Assembly: GCA_000388065.2 (NCBI GenBank)
Contig: KB932205.1
Length of the DNA: 21,950 nt
DNA from: Fonticula alba ATCC 38817
Lineage: Eukaryota > Protista > Nucleariida
Direction: 5' to 3' (one strand)
Position 1 is the stretch's first letter. Every line of letters starts with the position of its first letter. Made by a program: the position numbers and the translations under genes. This document shows positions 9,699 to 20,206 of the stretch, in pieces. The notes beneath the pieces are model-generated. The model had not been told where the DNA came from, did no database searches, and saw only the letters and a list, made by a program, of their open reading frames with translations.

Positions 9699-10121
9699 GT
9701 TCCTTCACGGGCTGGCAATGAGGCAGCGAGTCGAGGGGGGAAGAGATGAAGAGCCACGTGCACTCGCACACGCCAGGCCAGGGAGAAGGGGGGTAAAGGT
9801 GCGAGGGAGGGGGAGGGGGGGGGAGATGTGCGATACAGGCTCAAAAGTAAGAGACCGCTGGGGGGCGGCCGAAAAAAAAACACCTCACGATCTTGGCCCG
9901 AGACGATCAACAGGAGACCCATCTCAGAACCACGCCATGTCCCGCCGGCCCTCTCCGTTGGGGCCCGATCGGAACGGACGTCTTTCTCTTGATTCCCATC
10001 CAGGGCTCGGGGCCGGTTCCCTTCGACCAACTGGGGGGACAGATCTGCGCCGGGGCAAACAGAGAAGGACCGCCCACCAAAAGGGTAAGCTGCAGGAGGG
10101 GAGCACTCCGCCCGGGGGGGG

Positions 10122-10212
10122 NNNNNNNNNNNNNNNNNNNNNNNNNNNNNNNNNNNNNNNNNNNNNNNNNNNNNNNNNNNNNNNNNNNNNNNNNNNNNNN
10201 NNNNNNNNNNNN
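10122..10212. other. Assembly gap (91 N) between ICME and PIG-S
   Basis: N run with a G run on the left and C-rich sequence on the right. Confidence 0.98.
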
Positions 10213-10975
10213 CCCGGCCGCTGACCCCGTTGTCCATGCTCTCCCCCCCCCCCCCCCCCCCCGCTCCCCGCCCAACAAACACACCAACACCCCCCGGGCC
10301 CCCATCCTCCCGCGCACCCCCCCCCCCCCCCGGCTCCTCCTCCTCAAGCCTGAAGTCTGGCATCAACCGGGCGACCCTGGCACTGGAGTTCAGTCGCCTG
10401 CCCCCCCCCCCCCCCCCCCGCTCCCCGCCCCCCGGGGAGGCGTCGTCCCCGCAGAGGCTCATTTTCACGCTGCCGGGCTGTTTTTCTCCTCGCAGCGCGG
10501 GTTCGGCTCAGACTGGCGTGGCGCCAGAGGCAACGGCGGCAGGACCCCGGGGCGCCCCTGTTTTCGTGGGAGGGGCCGTCGGAACACCGAGCACGATGCG
10601 TGGCGGTCCTGTGTCGTGCTGGCGTCGCCGCCCTGGAGACATCGGAAAAGGGGAGACCGCGGCGCCGGTCGAGTCGGAGCCGCTGCATCCAATCCGGCGC
10701 CTTGCCACGGGGCGATGTTCTGTGGGACGCTGGCATTTCTCCGCACCTCCGCGCGGCACTCGCGGACAAGGACCCACACATCTCGCTGTTCTTGGTCGCT
10801 CAACCTCCCCCTCCCCCCCAGAGGCACTCAGTCCTCCATGTTTCGTCGCGCCCCGGGGCCGGAGAAGCGAAGGAGAATGGCGTGCGTCGTGTGGTTCGGA
10901 CCCAAGTCTGGCACCCCCCCCCCCCGGGCGGGGAACAAAAGAACTCGCGGCAGATGGGGAGGTCACGTGTTTATG

Positions 10976-13270
10976 TCACTGGGTGCGTGCTGCTCTCCGA
11001 GAGCGGAGATACTTGGCGAGCAGACCAATGAGCGAGGCAACAATCGGCACGGCGGCCGGGGCAAAGAGAGGCACGTAGACCGTGGCCGCGGCAGCCGGCG
11101 TGGCGAAGTGCGCCGCCGGGCTGGGAGACAGGGTGTCTGGATCGCGCGAGGCCAGGCCAGTAGTGCGGGCCGCCGCGCGCAGATGTCCCAGTGCCTGGAG
11201 AAGGAGGTCCAGCCCGGCGGGGTCCTCCGCCCCAGGGGGAGGCATCACCGCCGAGCCCGGGCCACCAGCGAGGCGGTCGCGTGCCGCGCGGACATCGGAT
11301 CGGGCCAGCTCCACCAAGCGCGTGGCTCCGGGGGAGATGGGCCCCGTGGAAAGGTACTCGGCCAGGGCGGCAGCCGCGCGCGACCGGCTGGCAACCGCCT
11401 CGGTGGCCAGGAGCAGCTGCCGCACAGCCAGGGCCTCTCGCTCGAAGGCGCGCCCCTGAGGGGAGTCGGGGATGCCCGCCGAGGGGGCGAAGCCTGCCGG
11501 GGGGGCCAGGCCCAAAAGTGTCCGACCGGCCGGGGCAAAGACCTCTCCCGCCACTCGGCGGAGAGTGGCGTCCACCCAGTCTTGGTACTCGGGCCCAGCT
11601 TGGGGATCGGCCCCGGCCGGCGGGGGGTTGATCACAACCAGGACGCCCCATTGTGGGACAAAAAGGATATTGTCACGGGCCGTGGCCGAGTCGCTCGGCT
11701 GGAAGCCCAGCGGCTGGAAGCGCGGCGGCGGGATGAGTGCGACGAAGTGCAGAGTGCGTGGGCAATCCAGAGCATCATCTGGTGTGTGTGTGTGTGTGTG
11801 AGTGAGTGAGAGAGAGAGAGAGACAGAGTGTGTGTGTGTGTGAGGGAGAGAGAGAGACAGAGTGTGTGTGTGTGTGTGTGAGGGAGAGAGAGACAGAGTG
11901 TGTGTGTGAGAGAGAGAGAGAGTGAGTGAACACGCCAAGCACGGGGACGAGAGACGCGCAGGGGAGAAGGGCTGTTTGGGAGGGCAGTCGTCCAATGGCG
12001 ATGCTCTTACGCACTGAGACCCCATTCGCCAATGTTGACAAAGGCCGCCAAATCGGCGGCGTTGATGGTCCAAGGCTGGCCAGCGGCCGTAGGAGCGGCG
12101 GGGCGCACAGCCAACGGCGCATGGAACCGGTAGTTGACCGAGCTTGACAGAGTGGCCAAGCCGCGGGCCATACCGACCAGGTCATCAACAAAAGCTGACC
12201 AAAGCGAAATGTCAGCACAATCGACCACAAAGAAATGGGCCCATTCCAGGGGAAACGGGGGGGGGGATGAAGGTGCTCCAGAAGCGCAACGAGCAGGGTA
12301 CATACCGTGGGCGGCATCCATGGACGAGGCCTCCGGCCGCACGGGGAGGCCCAGCAGGCTGATCGAGACATGGACTCGAGCTGGGGACCCGTCACCGGGC
12401 TGCGGAGCCGGAGCCACTGAATCCGCAAGGATGAGATCGATGGCATCGCCGGAGGCGGCCGGGCCGGCGATCGGCGGTGCCGCCTGATTGAAGATGCTCA
12501 ACAGAGTCTGCTCGATCGGGTGGTCTAATCGCCGGGAGGTGTCACTATCAGCGAATGGCAGGCCGGAACAGGAAGAGGGGGAGAGGGCGGGAGCTGGGAG
12601 CAGGAATGCCGTACCCAGGCTGGCGCCAGGCGGGTGGTGAAGGACGAAGTGCCGCGTATCTTCGAGCGTCACACGCCACTGCCCAGCGGCTAGGTGGGGG
12701 TCCTGCTGGCTGGCGATTTCCCACAACGTCGGGGTGGTAAAGCGCTCTGGGTATTTTCCATTACCGCAGGGCCGGCGAACAAAGGGCGCGATGGGCCACC
12801 CGATGGTCAGGGTCACCAAATATTGTCGTGCATGATCGAGCGAAAGGGAGAGAGAGGGGGGAAAAGAGAAGGCTAGCTGACGGGCGGGACGCACCCATGG
12901 CCAGGGCAGGGCGCTCGGCGTAGCAGCGCAGGCGGAGCCAGGCCCGGCGCTCAGGGGGGATACGCTGGTTAAAGCGCGTGACGGCGTTCTCACAGGCGGA
13001 CACTGGCGCCCGAACCACCAGGGTGACTAGCTTCAGGTCGGCTTGCAGGGCAGTGGCCTCCTCGGCCAATCCCATGGCCGAGGGGATGAACTGCGCATCG
13101 CGCGACACGGTCATCGTCACCCAGTAGGCTGGGACCAGAGTCAATACTGAGAAGAGGATGAAAGCCAGCAGGGCGCCCCAGCGCCGGGGGCGTGTCTTGT
13201 CGGAGAAGGCTTCGCTCAAATCGGCATCCGGAGAAGAGGCGCCAGCGGCGACCGGGGCCCTGTCGGCCAT
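10976..13270 (-). CDS. PIGS: GPI transamidase subunit PIG-S / Gpi17, ~599 aa; exons 13270-12895, 12746-12306, 12194-12015, 11778-10976
   Basis: N-terminal TM then PAYWVTMTVSR (cf. PlWwkTT.vyR). Also DLAAFVNIGEWGL, RTLHFVALIP, FVPQWGVLVVIN, LLG, and a C-terminal VYVPLFAPAAVPIV TM followed by a basic tail. Three frame-consistent GT-AG introns give 1800 nt. Confidence 0.88.
11783..11929 (-). repeat. Compound (AC)n/(TC)n higher-order repeat in PIG-S intron 3
   Basis: Plus-strand unit (GA)n-CAGA-(GT)n-GAG recurs three times. Confidence 0.9.
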
Positions 13271-13884
13271 GGCGAGGGTGCAAACAAAAGGGGGGGATCG
13301 GAGAGGAGGAGGAGGAGGAGGAGGGGGAGGAGGAGAGCCGGAGCGGCAGGAGGAAGGAGGGGGGGGGACGAGTTGGCCAGTCAAGCCATCCTCCTGGCTG
13401 CCGGTCCTTGAAAGGCGGCTGTTCGATCTCGACCGTGGCTGTTTCACCAGCTCCAGTTGACGGGCGACTAGACCTCCTCCCCGTCCCTCCCCCTCCCAAC
13501 GCACAAGAAAAGCCGAGCAAGAACACCGGCGCACAAGCCACAGAGTACCGGGGGGGGGGAGGGGGAGGGGCATGCAGGCCGGTGGGCTAACCGATGGGGC
13601 TAGCGGGCGCCAGAGAACTAGTCGCGGGTCATGTGATCGTTCTTTTAGGTGATCGACTCGATCGGACGGACGGATCGCGGATCTGACAAGAGGAGGATAG
13701 CATGCGTGCGGCGTGCGAGCGTACATGTGTGTGTATTATTATTTGCGCGTGCGGCACACAAAAATCTAGGTGTGTCTTTTCGAGACACGTAGAAGGACAA
13801 GGACAGCCCCTGGCATGCGGGATAAGGGGAAAGCAGCAGCAACAACAGCAACAACATGAGAATGCTGCATATGCAGGGCCAAGG

Positions 13885-16800
13885 TCACTGGAAGATCAGC
13901 CTGTTGGAGGCCAGACCGCGGTCGGTGCTCAGAGAGAAGAGGATATTCTTGTGGGGGTGGAAGGCCACACGGACGACCGGGCGCTTGTGTGAAGCACTGA
14001 AGGCGACCCCGGCGCGGAAGGAGTCGGAGGAAGGATCCTCCGAGGGGATGGTCATGCTGGAGTGGGCCCCGGGGGAAACGCCGATCGTGCCGCGTGGGTT
14101 GCGCACATCCCACAGACGAATCAGCGCGCTGGATGTGCCACAGGCCACCAAATTCCCATCGGGGCTGATGGCGGGGCATATGTACATGGATAGGTTTTCT
14201 CCCTCGCCGTCGCGCCAGCTGAAGACGAGCTCTCCCTCGGGGGTGCTGTAAGAATGGGCATCACTCGGGAGCCGAGGCGCAACACGCTGGTCGATGAAGC
14301 GGAGCTGATTGGACGAGGCGGACATGCTGGGGGCGGGAGAAAAGAGAGAGAGAGAGAGAGAGAGGTCAGAAAGGGGCGGGCGAACCAATACCGGGCCGGA
14401 GATGGGTGCATACCACGCGAGCAGAATGTGGCGGTTGGTGGGGTAGGCGACGAGATTGCCGACACGCTGGCCGAGGCTCCATTCGGCCACCAGCCCATCG
14501 CCAAAGCGCCCGGTCTCGGTGCTGGAGGAGGTGGAGCGCTCAACATCGAAGGCGAATATCCGCCCGTCGGAGCCGCCGGAAAAGGCGGTCGCCCCGTCGG
14601 CCGCCAGGGCCAGGCCACGGATGCTGGACGTGTGCGACCGGTACAGGCGCAAAGGCATGGACTCCAGGGTGTCCCGGTCGCCGGCGGACAGGGAAGACCG
14701 GTGGCCAATGGCATCGCGCCGGACGCGCACCGCATGCTGCCGGGCAACGCCAAGCCGGGGAGAGGCACGGTCAGGATATGCAAGCGCGCAGGCGGGAATG
14801 GGCACCCTCTTGGAGAGGATGCGGGGGGCAATTCGGAGACAGGGGGCAGCAGGGGGAAACGCACAAGCTGGTGCGCGTCGGATGCGGCCAGGAAGTTAAC
14901 ATGTGAGTCGGAGGAGGGTAGAGCACACACACGAACGGCTCGCTCAACCGGGCCGCCCGCTCGCGAAAGCACCCCGTTGAGGGTGATAAAGCGCGGGGGC
15001 TCGGTCGACTCCGAGCCCCCCGAGCCGACAAACTGCACGGTTCGACGTTTTTTGGGCGCCGAGGGGGATGTCTCCTTGCTTTGGGTGGAGCCCTTGCGAT
15101 CGAGCTGCATTTTGGCCACCAGTTCGGGAGAGGGCAAGGAGGGGGGGGGAGGGGGGTAAATATGGACGAAGGCATGTCCGGAAGGGGGGCCTGAAGGGTA
15201 GTGTCCTCTCCCCCGGGAGTGGGGGGGAAAGAGAGAAGAGGAGGAAACGCACCAATTGCGTGGCCGGGCAGATGGCCAGCGATGCGAGGCGGGTGTTGAC
15301 CGCGCTGGCGCTGGCAGCCCCTCCGGGCAGCGGTTTCTTGGGAGTGCTCTCATCGCGGCCGACCTCGAGCGCACATGCCAGTGTGTGGCCGCCATCGATC
15401 CAGGCGGCGGATTCGATCCACCGAGCCCCGTCCGATCCGCTGGTCATGTCGGCTCCGACGGTCGAGGCGCTGAAGACCGACCGGAGCCGGGTGCCGGAGA
15501 CACTGCGAAAGGCCAGGCGGCCGTCGAGATCGGTGATGGCGATGTACTTCATGGAGGCCGACCGGGGATCGGCATTGATCGGGGCGACCAGCAGCTCGCG
15601 CGGCTTGCGGAAGGTGGCGTTGGGCAGGAAATTGGTACTGGCGGCGATGGCAGCCAGGCGCCCGGGGCGAAGGGAGGCGGGAAGAGGCGGGGGTGAGTGT
15701 TTGTTGGAGTGGGGGATTGCCTGTTGTTGTTTTGTTTGGGTTTGTTTTTCTTGCGCCTCCGGCAGCGACTTTCCAGGGGGGGGGGAACAGGAAAAGGAGC
15801 AAGGTACCTGATGCGTCGGAGGATCATTGGAGAACTGGCATCATCCGGTGTTGGAGGGAAGGCATCCAGCTGGGGGGCAACATGGACCAAGGCTTGCTCG
15901 TCCACCGGGGCAGGGCCGCCTTCCGGGGCAGGGTCGACATGCAGATCGTGGGGCGCCATGTTGGCCGGGAACCGAGGCAAGAGCTCCTGCGAGGAGGCAA
16001 GCTGACGGAGGAGGTCAGCGGGGTTGGACCCACCGTCGGCCGGGGCGTTGGCTGGCATGGCAGGCGAGGCAGGCCGGCCGGTGCCAGCGCCGATGGTGGC
16101 CCGCTGGCGGGCCAGCAGATCCGACAGCGAGCGCGGCTCGGCGGCCATCAGCTCCTTCAGCAGGTCCTCGGTCAGACGGGTCAAGCAGACGAGCGAGTGG
16201 AGGGGATCCGCGGTGGGGAAGTCATGCGAGCCGAAGTCCGGGCTGGCTACGGCGGCATCGGCACCGGCGGTGAAGGCCGACGTGCGAGCCAATTGGCCGA
16301 TGTGCCGGCTGAACATGGGCGCGATGGCGCACACGCGCTGCCATGATGCCGCCGGCAGGACAATCAGATGTGGCGCGAGGGCCTGTAGCCCGGGGTCCAG
16401 GGCGGCCCCGGTCGTGGAGGTGGCATTCGGCGAGCCATCGGGCACGCCGGAGCCCCGGTCGGGCGAGGGGGACCAAGATCCGATCAGGGACTTGAGTGAC
16501 TGGACGGCCGGGGGGGTGGCCGCGGCTGGCGAGGAGGCGAGGACGGTGGCCATCGGCTCGATGGGGGGGACCCTGCTGTGGGTGGCGTGGAAGTCCGCCA
16601 TCGGGAGCATCTCGGCGAGGGAGCTGGTGGCCATGCCGGCGACAGTGGCCATGGTGGGGGGAGGGGGCAAGGGCTGGGAGGAGAGGGCTTTGGTGGCTGC
16701 CGGCGGCGGGGGATGGGCTCCGGCGGCGGCTTCCGATTGGGAGGTCGAGGGTCCGAGAGCCAGCGCCAGGGGATTGGGACTGGGGTCGGACGGGCGAGGG

Positions 16801-17219
16801 CGCTTCCGCGCGTCAATAATGGTGGGGACGAGGGCATCAATGGATGGGCTCCGGGGCAGAGGCCGGGCCGGAGGGGTGGCCAGGGCGGCTGCCGGGGAGG
16901 AGGCACGCTTGTGTCTCGAGGGGGTGGTTGGGATTTGCCCGCCACTCTGGTGGACATCGGTGATGGCCCGGTCGACTGATGGCCTGGAGCCCGGCGAGGC
17001 CAGGATGGCATTCGTGGGGGGAGCCGTCATGGAGGGGCTAGCCGTGGTGACCCGCCAACTGGCTGGCAAGGCCTTCGGCAAGGGGCCTGGCGGGCAGATG
17101 GTTGTCGCACCGGAGGAGGCCGCCGACCACTCGTCCCGGGTGGGCCGATCAAAAAGAGCATCCAACGGGCTGCGGGGGCCGGCGGGGGTGTCCGCCTCAT
17201 CCAGGCCCGGCAAACGATT

Positions 17220-17222
<3 letters not shown>
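13885..17222 (-). CDS. WD40-repeat protein with ~470-aa low-complexity N-terminus, ~934 aa; exons 17222-15808, 15637-15253, 15104-14865, 14736-14414, 14326-13885
   Basis: WD-type blades: HTSSIRGLALAADGATAFSGGSDGRIFAFD, SPDGNLVACGTSSALIRLWDVR, HKRPVVRVAFHP..LFSLSTD, YIAITDLDG, RWIESAAW. Four frame-consistent GT-AG introns give 2805 nt. NLS-like PKKRR in exon 3. The start is uncertain because there is an acceptor-like site at 17273. Confidence 0.82.
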
Positions 17223-17260
<38 letters not shown>

Positions 17261-17279
17261 AAGGGGTGGGGACTGGAGA

Positions 17280-17312
<33 letters not shown>
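17222..17312 (-). repeat. (CA)n and (TC)n microsatellites immediately 5' of the WD40 start codon
   Basis: Plus strand (TG)n at 17222-17259 and (GA)n at ~17284-17312. Confidence 0.9.
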
Positions 17313-17318
<6 letters not shown>

Positions 17319-17352
17319 NNNNNNNNNNNNNNNNNNNNNNNNNNNNNNNNNN
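17319..17352. other. Assembly gap (34 N)
   Basis: N run flanked by G runs on both sides. Confidence 0.98.
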
Positions 17353-19908
17353 GGGGGGGGGGCGGGCCCGAGGGAGGCCACACCGACGTGGATGTGCGTC
17401 TGTGCGGTGGGGCGGAGGAGGAGGTCAGCCTCGTAGTGGTCGAAAGGGCGTACGTGTGTGTGCTCTGGCGCGGGCAGCCCCGAGCGAGGCCATGGCCCAG
17501 GGGTGCACGCACACCTTTTGGGTGTCTCTTTTGCGGGGGAGCCTTTTCGTCGGCCGTTGCGGTGGCTGGCGTTTCTCTCTCCGCTGGGGCGGGGACCGCG
17601 TGGCGGGGATGCGTCGGGGGGGGTGGGCTGACGGAGTCCCTTTACAGCGGGCCCTTGCCCCCGCCGCCGCCCCCGGGGGGGATGGCCGGCCCGGCCGGCA
17701 CGGCCCGGGCCTGTCTTGGAGGAATGGGGACGCCGGGGCGGGCTATCCTGGGGCTGCTGCGTGAGGGTGGGTGTGGCGCGCGGGCGGGGGCGCGTCTGCT
17801 GGGGGGGGGGGGTCCTCGGATGGTCGCGGCCGGAGGGACGAGAGGAGCGGGGTTGCTCCCGGACGGGCTCTGAGCAGGGCCTTGGCGGGGGCGGAGGCCA
17901 CGATCGCGGGGAGGGGCCGTCCGGGGGCCGGAATAGGGCCCGCAACGGGGGGGGGGGGGGGGGGGGGAAGCAGGTGTCAGCACCTTCCCCGCTCGGAGGG
18001 GGCTCGGCCCCAGGTGGACTGCGGTTCCGAGAAAAAGGGAGCCGCTTGTGGGCACCGGAATCCGGCTCCCGGGTTACGGGGGGTGTCTCGTGAAAAAGGC
18101 CCCACGTGCGGGGCTTTGGCGTCTTTGTTCTACGCCCTTCTGTCCGACGAGCCCCATGTGCGAAAGGGTGTGTTAGTGTGCTAGTATGTGTGTGTGTGAG
18201 AGAGAGAGAGAGGGGGGGGCGAGAGGGAGGGAGAGACAGGGGGTGCCTGCCTGCCTCAGCGAGGAGGGGCAGCCGCCGGCAACCGGCAGGGCGCGAGGGG
18301 CGAGAAAGAGGCACACATGTCCGGCCTCGGGTCCTCGTTCGGACGGGGGAAGAAGGAGCGTACGCCCGGGCGCGTGGGCTCCGAACCGAGAGGAGTTGGC
18401 ATGTAGCGCCGCAGGGGCGATGGGCCGGACGCGGCGGCCGCCAGGGAGATCCATCTGAGTCGCTGGCCGGGGTGTCTCGTGGCGGGCGCACTTTCGGGAA
18501 AACCGAGCGAGGCAGAACCGGCGAGCGACGGACAAGGACCCAGTGGCATCGTGTTCTCACGGGGCGGTGGGAGGGCCGGAAGAATGGCGGCAGTTTCACC
18601 TGGCAGATGTTCGGACACATAGGAGCTTTGGCCGCCCAGCCGGCGGGGGTGATTCTCGGAGAGGGACGCGGGAGCTCGCGGGCGCGGCGGGTGCGCCCGG
18701 CGGTGTGCTTGCCGTTTGGTACTGGCGCGCACATGTGCAAGTGTGTGGCTGTGGCGTGGCGGAACTGGGGGAACTGAAGACCGGCCCGGATGCCGGTCCC
18801 CCCCCCCCTCCCCTCCCTCTCCCCGTCGCCAAGACTCGTAGGCCCCCGGATATCGACCCGGGCCCAGGCGCCGTCGCCCGCTCTCGGCCTCTTTCCTCGA
18901 GGGCTCGGCTGCCGGAATAGGCCGGGGATCGGCGAGGCGGTGGCCGGGGGAGGGCATGCTCCGGGGACAGGACGTTCGGGTGGTTCTTTCACCGGCGGCG
19001 TTCAAGCTGCCACGGGGGGCGCTGCCGCCACAGACGGGCTAGATCCGAGAAATGGCTGCCCCTCCAGGCGCTCAGAAGTTCAATGCGGCAGATGAACATG
19101 TCCGGCGGCGAGGCCGGGCGGCCGGGCGGCCTGGGGTGAATGACGAGGGATGCCGGGCCTGGTCGCGCCGGTCCCTTCGCGGCCGGAGAAAAGGGGTCCT
19201 TTCAAGGAGGGCCCCCTTCCCCCTCTCGGTGGTCGGGCGCTGGCGCGCAGATGCACACCAGTGGTGATGTGGAAGAAAGGGGGGTGCGGGCGCGGGCGCG
19301 GGGTCTCTTGTCCAGGGCCAGCTACTATTTTTTGCGCATCCTCGCCTCGGGCGGGGCCTGCCGCGTCAAGAGGGGAGAAGGGGCGCGGTGGGGTGTGGGT
19401 TGGGGGCGGTTAACCGCCGCTGTCCTGGGGTGCCAGCGCCCCGCCGGCGCCGCCCGCCCTCCGGTCACCGCCCTTGGCAAGCGGTCCAAGGGGGCGGCAG
19501 GGGGGCGGGGCCGGGAGTCGTTTCAACCGCGACGCCAGCGCATTCCTCTCGAAGAAGTGCCCCGGTCCCGGCGACCGACCAGGACCGGGGCATGAAAACG
19601 CGCGGGGGCGCGGGGCCCGCCGGGGGTCGCACTTGTCTTGCAGTGAGATCCGATGCCCCGGAGAGTGTCTCAACGGCGGCGGGAGGGCCAAAGGAATGGG
19701 CCGAGACGCGGGCCTGAGCTGCCAAAGGCACCCCCCGACCGTAAGCCAGAAACATGGACCACATTTCGCAGAACTCCCCCCCCCCCTGGCTGAGACTTGG
19801 GCGGATGCCGGGGCGGAGCCGGCGGGGGGGGGGGGGTCTTGCCCGTGCGTTTGCCGTCAGCTAGGCCCCCGATGGCAGGGAGGAGCAAGGCAGATGCGCT
19901 GATGTTCA

Positions 19909-19909
<1 letters not shown>

Positions 19910-19961
<52 letters not shown>

Positions 19962-19967
19962 GCGCGC
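19910..19967. repeat. (CA)n-(CG)n alternating purine-pyrimidine tract
   Basis: Directly visible. Confidence 0.9.
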
Positions 19968-20170
19968 TATCGTGGCTGCACACCCTTCGGTCGAAGGCTC
20001 CACTCCATCAGAGCGCCCCCACCCCTGGTTATGGGGCGGGGGGGCGGGGCGGCGCGGTGGCCGTAGCAGGGGGAAGAGGGCAGGAGGAACACGCCAGACC
20101 CGGAGCGGGCAGCCGTCCCTACAGTCAGCCGCCAAGAAGAGATCAGGCCCGGCGCGGGCGCGACGACGAC

Positions 20171-20206
20171 GGGGGCGAGGGGGGCGAGGGGGGCGAGGGG
20201 GGCGAG
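20171..20206 (+). repeat. Four exact copies of the 9-mer GGGGGCGAG
   Basis: Directly visible. Confidence 0.95.

Noticed and set aside
9893-11809. 638-aa plus-strand ORF
   Set aside because: Crosses an N gap and overlaps PIG-S exon 4 in antisense; R/G/P-rich with no domain.
11783-11929. Repeat-spacer-like pattern resembling a CRISPR array
   Set aside because: Eukaryotic intron; the units are dinucleotide microsatellites with no unique spacers and no cas genes.
16024-17436. 470-aa plus-strand ORF
   Set aside because: Antisense shadow of WD40 exon 1; it also crosses microsatellites and an N gap.
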